Shown piece after piece: positions 61,200 to 64,000 of a stretch of 64,000 nucleotides of DNA (positions are counted from its first letter, which is position 1; each line of letters starts with the position of its first letter). The stretch comes from Gekko japonicus (Eukaryota): the NCBI RefSeq assembly GCF_001447785.1, contig NW_015168670.1, positions 203,513 through 267,512 on the forward strand, in the 5' to 3' direction. The notes beneath the pieces are model-generated. The model ran no database searches. It saw only the letters and a program-made list of their open reading frames with translations, and had not been told where the DNA came from. Both the position numbers and the translations under genes were made by a program.

Positions 61200-61730
61200 G
61201 CTTCTGACGCCCCTGGCTCCGCAAGTCCCTGGCGACCGTTCCGCAAGTAACACAGAAAGCAAAGAACGAGACGTCATGCCCGAGGCCGCTCACAGGCCCC
61301 TCGGGATCTGGGCTGCAACAAGGGAGGGCCGGGTCAGTAAATGCAGCGGGCTGGGCAGTCCCCGCAGCGGTCCCTCTCCTCTCCTCTCCTCTCCTACCGG
61401 TGTGTGGGATGCCCAGGCTGCTGCGGATCTGCTGCGAAGAGGCCATGTTGGAGATGGAGTCTTGGTAGTCGTCCCGCATGGAAGCCATGGCCTCTCGTGG
61501 TGTCCGGCCGCACTTCTGCAGCGGCACTCGGCGAGTCCCTCCTGGTCCCCGGGCTCCTACGCCGGCACTCAGCTGACCCAGGGAAGGCCCGATCCCCGTA
61601 AACCGGGGCGAACTGTTCGGCGCTGCTTCCTGTTTCCGGTGGAATCCTCGACCATAGAGCTCCGCGGCTTGTTAGGAAGCTGCCTGGCGACGACCAGCCT
61701 TGTTCGAAAGGGTTTCCCGGGGCGCATCTT
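61200..61730 (-). promoter_or_regulatory. VPS18 CpG-island promoter with tandem ETS (GABPA-type) sites
   Basis: CpG-dense stretch spanning exon 1; minus-strand ACCGGAAACAGGAAGC at ~61625-61640; no upstream ATG between these sites and 61488. Confidence 0.7.
61398..61488 (-). CDS. VPS18: VPS18 coding exon 1 (MASMRDDYQDSISNMASSQQIRSSLGIPHT-G)
   Basis: ATG at 61488 in GCCATGG Kozak context; 91 nt; ends at donor G|GTAGG (phase 1); GIPHTG resembles the vertebrate VPS18 N-terminus. Confidence 0.9.
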
Positions 61731-62551
61731 TAGGAAGGAGGTCCCAAAATTGTTTTATTAATAATAATAATAATACAATCACATCTGCTGTGGTTGCCAT
61801 TACACAAACTACTCTGTGTCGGGGGGGGGGGCATGTGGGGAAGAGGAAGCGCTGCAATTTCCATCGTTCCTCAACAGCGGAGTTCTGGGCAGAGTCACGC
61901 CTTTCTAAACCCATTGACTATAACAGTGTCAAGGGGTGTGTATCTGTGTCTAGGATTACATTGTAACCCGTAACTCGGAGTTTCCCATCCTGGCGTTGAT
62001 GTAAGAGAGCAGAAAATGTTTGGAGGGGGTCAGAAAAAACCTGGCTGGAAATGCACGTGCCGATTCTCTGTAAGGGTGCTGGAGTAGCAAAGTGCTAAAT
62101 TAGAAGTTCAAATCAGAATAGCAACTTGTTCAGGAAATTCCTGTTTATAAAAGCAACAGGGTCAGTGTTAATTTTTGTAGTTTTCATTGCTTTGTACTGT
62201 CGCACTGTTTCTCTAATTTTGTAATCCAGTTTGATTTCATTGTTTCTTATAAGCAGTATACTGTTTTAGTGCTCTGGATAGATTATAAAATATGCATAAT
62301 TTTTAAACATATTTACTTGTGATTTTAAAGAAAGAAGAATTGGCTTAGTGCTTGTTAGGTTTAAATGGTGTTTAGGAAAAAACTATACAAAGTTGCTATT
62401 AATAAAATTCGGGAGAGGTGAAAGAGGAATGGTTAGATGTCTAGGGCTGCAGTGATTCTTGATCACAGTGTCAGCTAGAAAGTTGACGATGGTGCTAAGA
62501 ACAAAGTTTGAGTCCAGTGGCACCTTTAAGACCAACAAAGTTTTATTCAAG

Positions 62552-62589
62552 GTATGAGCTTTCGTGTGCAAACACATTTCTTCAGATAC
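62552..62589 (-). ncRNA. Minimal type I hammerhead ribozyme motif within Penelope repeat 62498-62589
   Basis: GTAT CTGAAGA a atgtg-tttg-cacac GAAA GC TC ATAC: stem I GTAT/ATAC, intact core, palindromic AGCT stem III, CUC cleavage triplet; one mismatch at the base of stem II. Confidence 0.7.
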
Positions 62590-63573
62590 AGTGAAACACT
62601 ATTTGTGCTAAGGAACCACTGAATTTGTTCTGGTCCTGTGCAGGGTTAAAAAGTTGCAAAAACCCCACACTAGAGTCACACGTTGATGGAAGTATGACAG
62701 TAGGAAATGCTTCATGTTCCCATGAAAGCATATGTCACATTCATCAAAAACATGATACTTAGCAGAATTTTCGGAAGAGGTTTAAAAGTGCTGGAAACAA
62801 CTAGGATTCAGGTTGCTTTATGCATGTGGATAAATTTGATGACTATCAAATAAAAGAACATTTATTAGGCATTTGCTATCAATCTGTCTGTCAATGTTAT
62901 AAGCTTTTCCAATAGAACAAATTCCAGATTTGCCCTGTTTGTAACAAAAATAAAAGCACTGCTACAACCTTAATTACTAACATGTTCATTGAGGCTTTCT
63001 ATGCAAGAACCTAAATCATACCTGAAATATCCACAAAACCCCCATCTGATAAAGTATACTTTTACCACCAAAAATAAAAAAATCTAAACATTTACTTGGA
63101 AGTAAATTCCACCATGCTCAATAGGCTTACTTCTGCTCGTAGTACCCATGAGTGCAGACTATAGGAGCCATCCTTTCTACTTCTGCTCACTAGGTGGCAA
63201 CATATCCCAACAAATATTAATACAGGCAGCTACAAAGTAACTAGCAGAGGCATTCAAATTCTGTTCATTAAAGTTTGTGTGTGGTATGCATTAGACATGG
63301 TGCCAAGATAAAAAGAGCCACTAGAATACACTGCGGCTGTATTTACTATTGGCATCCGAATCCATTGTAACTGTTTTCTTCATTTCTTCATTTTGCTTCA
63401 GACCAACAACACACTTAGCAGTAAATCATTAGCTATCAAAACCAGCAAAACGTTTGTGTTTGTGTGTTTTGTCATTCATATCTTAAGTAAACTGATAAAA
63501 ATTGAAGTTTTGATTTAACAGCTTAGTATATAGACAGGAAGGAAGACTGCCACGGCAATACTAAACAAAGTTA

Positions 63574-63912
63574 AAGGTTCCCTTGCTCGAAAGCCAGTCG
63601 AATCCGACTCTAGGGTTGCGGTGCTCATCTCCGTTTCAAAGCCGAAGAGCCAGCGTTGTCCGAAGACATTTCCGTGGCCATGTGGCCGGCATGACTAAAC
63701 ACCAAGGCGCACGGAAGGCTGTTACCTTCCCACCGAAGTGGTACCTATTTCTCTACTTGCAATTTCTTGCTTTCGAACTGCTAGGTTGGCAGGAGCTGGA
63801 ACTAGAGATGAGAGCTCACTCCATCATGCGGCACCCGGGTCTCGAACTGCTGAACTACTGACCTTCCACAGGCTGCAGTTCAGCGTCTTAACCACTTGAG
63901 CCCCCGCAGCTC
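63574..63912 (-). mobile_element. Full-length Sauria/Squam1 SINE
   Basis: 13-bp TSD CTAAACAAAGTTA (63561-63573, 63913-63925); Pol III head, Sauria core, ACCTTT tail. Confidence 0.9.
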
Positions 63913-64000
63913 CTAAACAAAGTTACAGCCTTCTAAACCCATTGACTTCAACAGACCTAGACCAGTGCTACTCTGCTTAAGACTACTGTAATTCTCTAGT

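Overview
Vertebrate nuclear DNA. The repeat content (Sauria/Squam-type SINEs, RTE-BovB, CR1, L2, Penelope) points to a squamate reptile, probably a gecko (inference). The only host gene I can support is a complete 5-exon VPS18 on the minus strand (CDS 61488 to 52769, 2925 nt, 974 aa, all GT-AG introns), with a CpG/ETS promoter and a likely AATAAA at 52057-52062. The ~52 kb downstream of it is transposon-rich intergenic DNA that should lead toward DLL4 if mammalian synteny holds. Its centrepiece is a full-length but decayed Tf1/Sushi-group chromodomain Gypsy element (36895-47779, TSD GTATG). This element shows an 11-nt self-priming signal instead of a tRNA primer site and a PEG10-like -1 frameshift cassette, and it carries nested L2, LTR, CR1 and Helitron insertions. 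Also present: three members of a non-autonomous Helitron family, an ORF1-only (HAL1-like) L1 derivative, Penelope-linked hammerhead ribozyme motifs (one insertion starts exactly at the predicted cleavage site), solo LTRs, very young hAT MITEs and two assembly gaps. I found no evidence for a novel protein-coding system; the most interesting signals are RNA-level and mobile-element mechanisms. All alignments and counts were done by eye.
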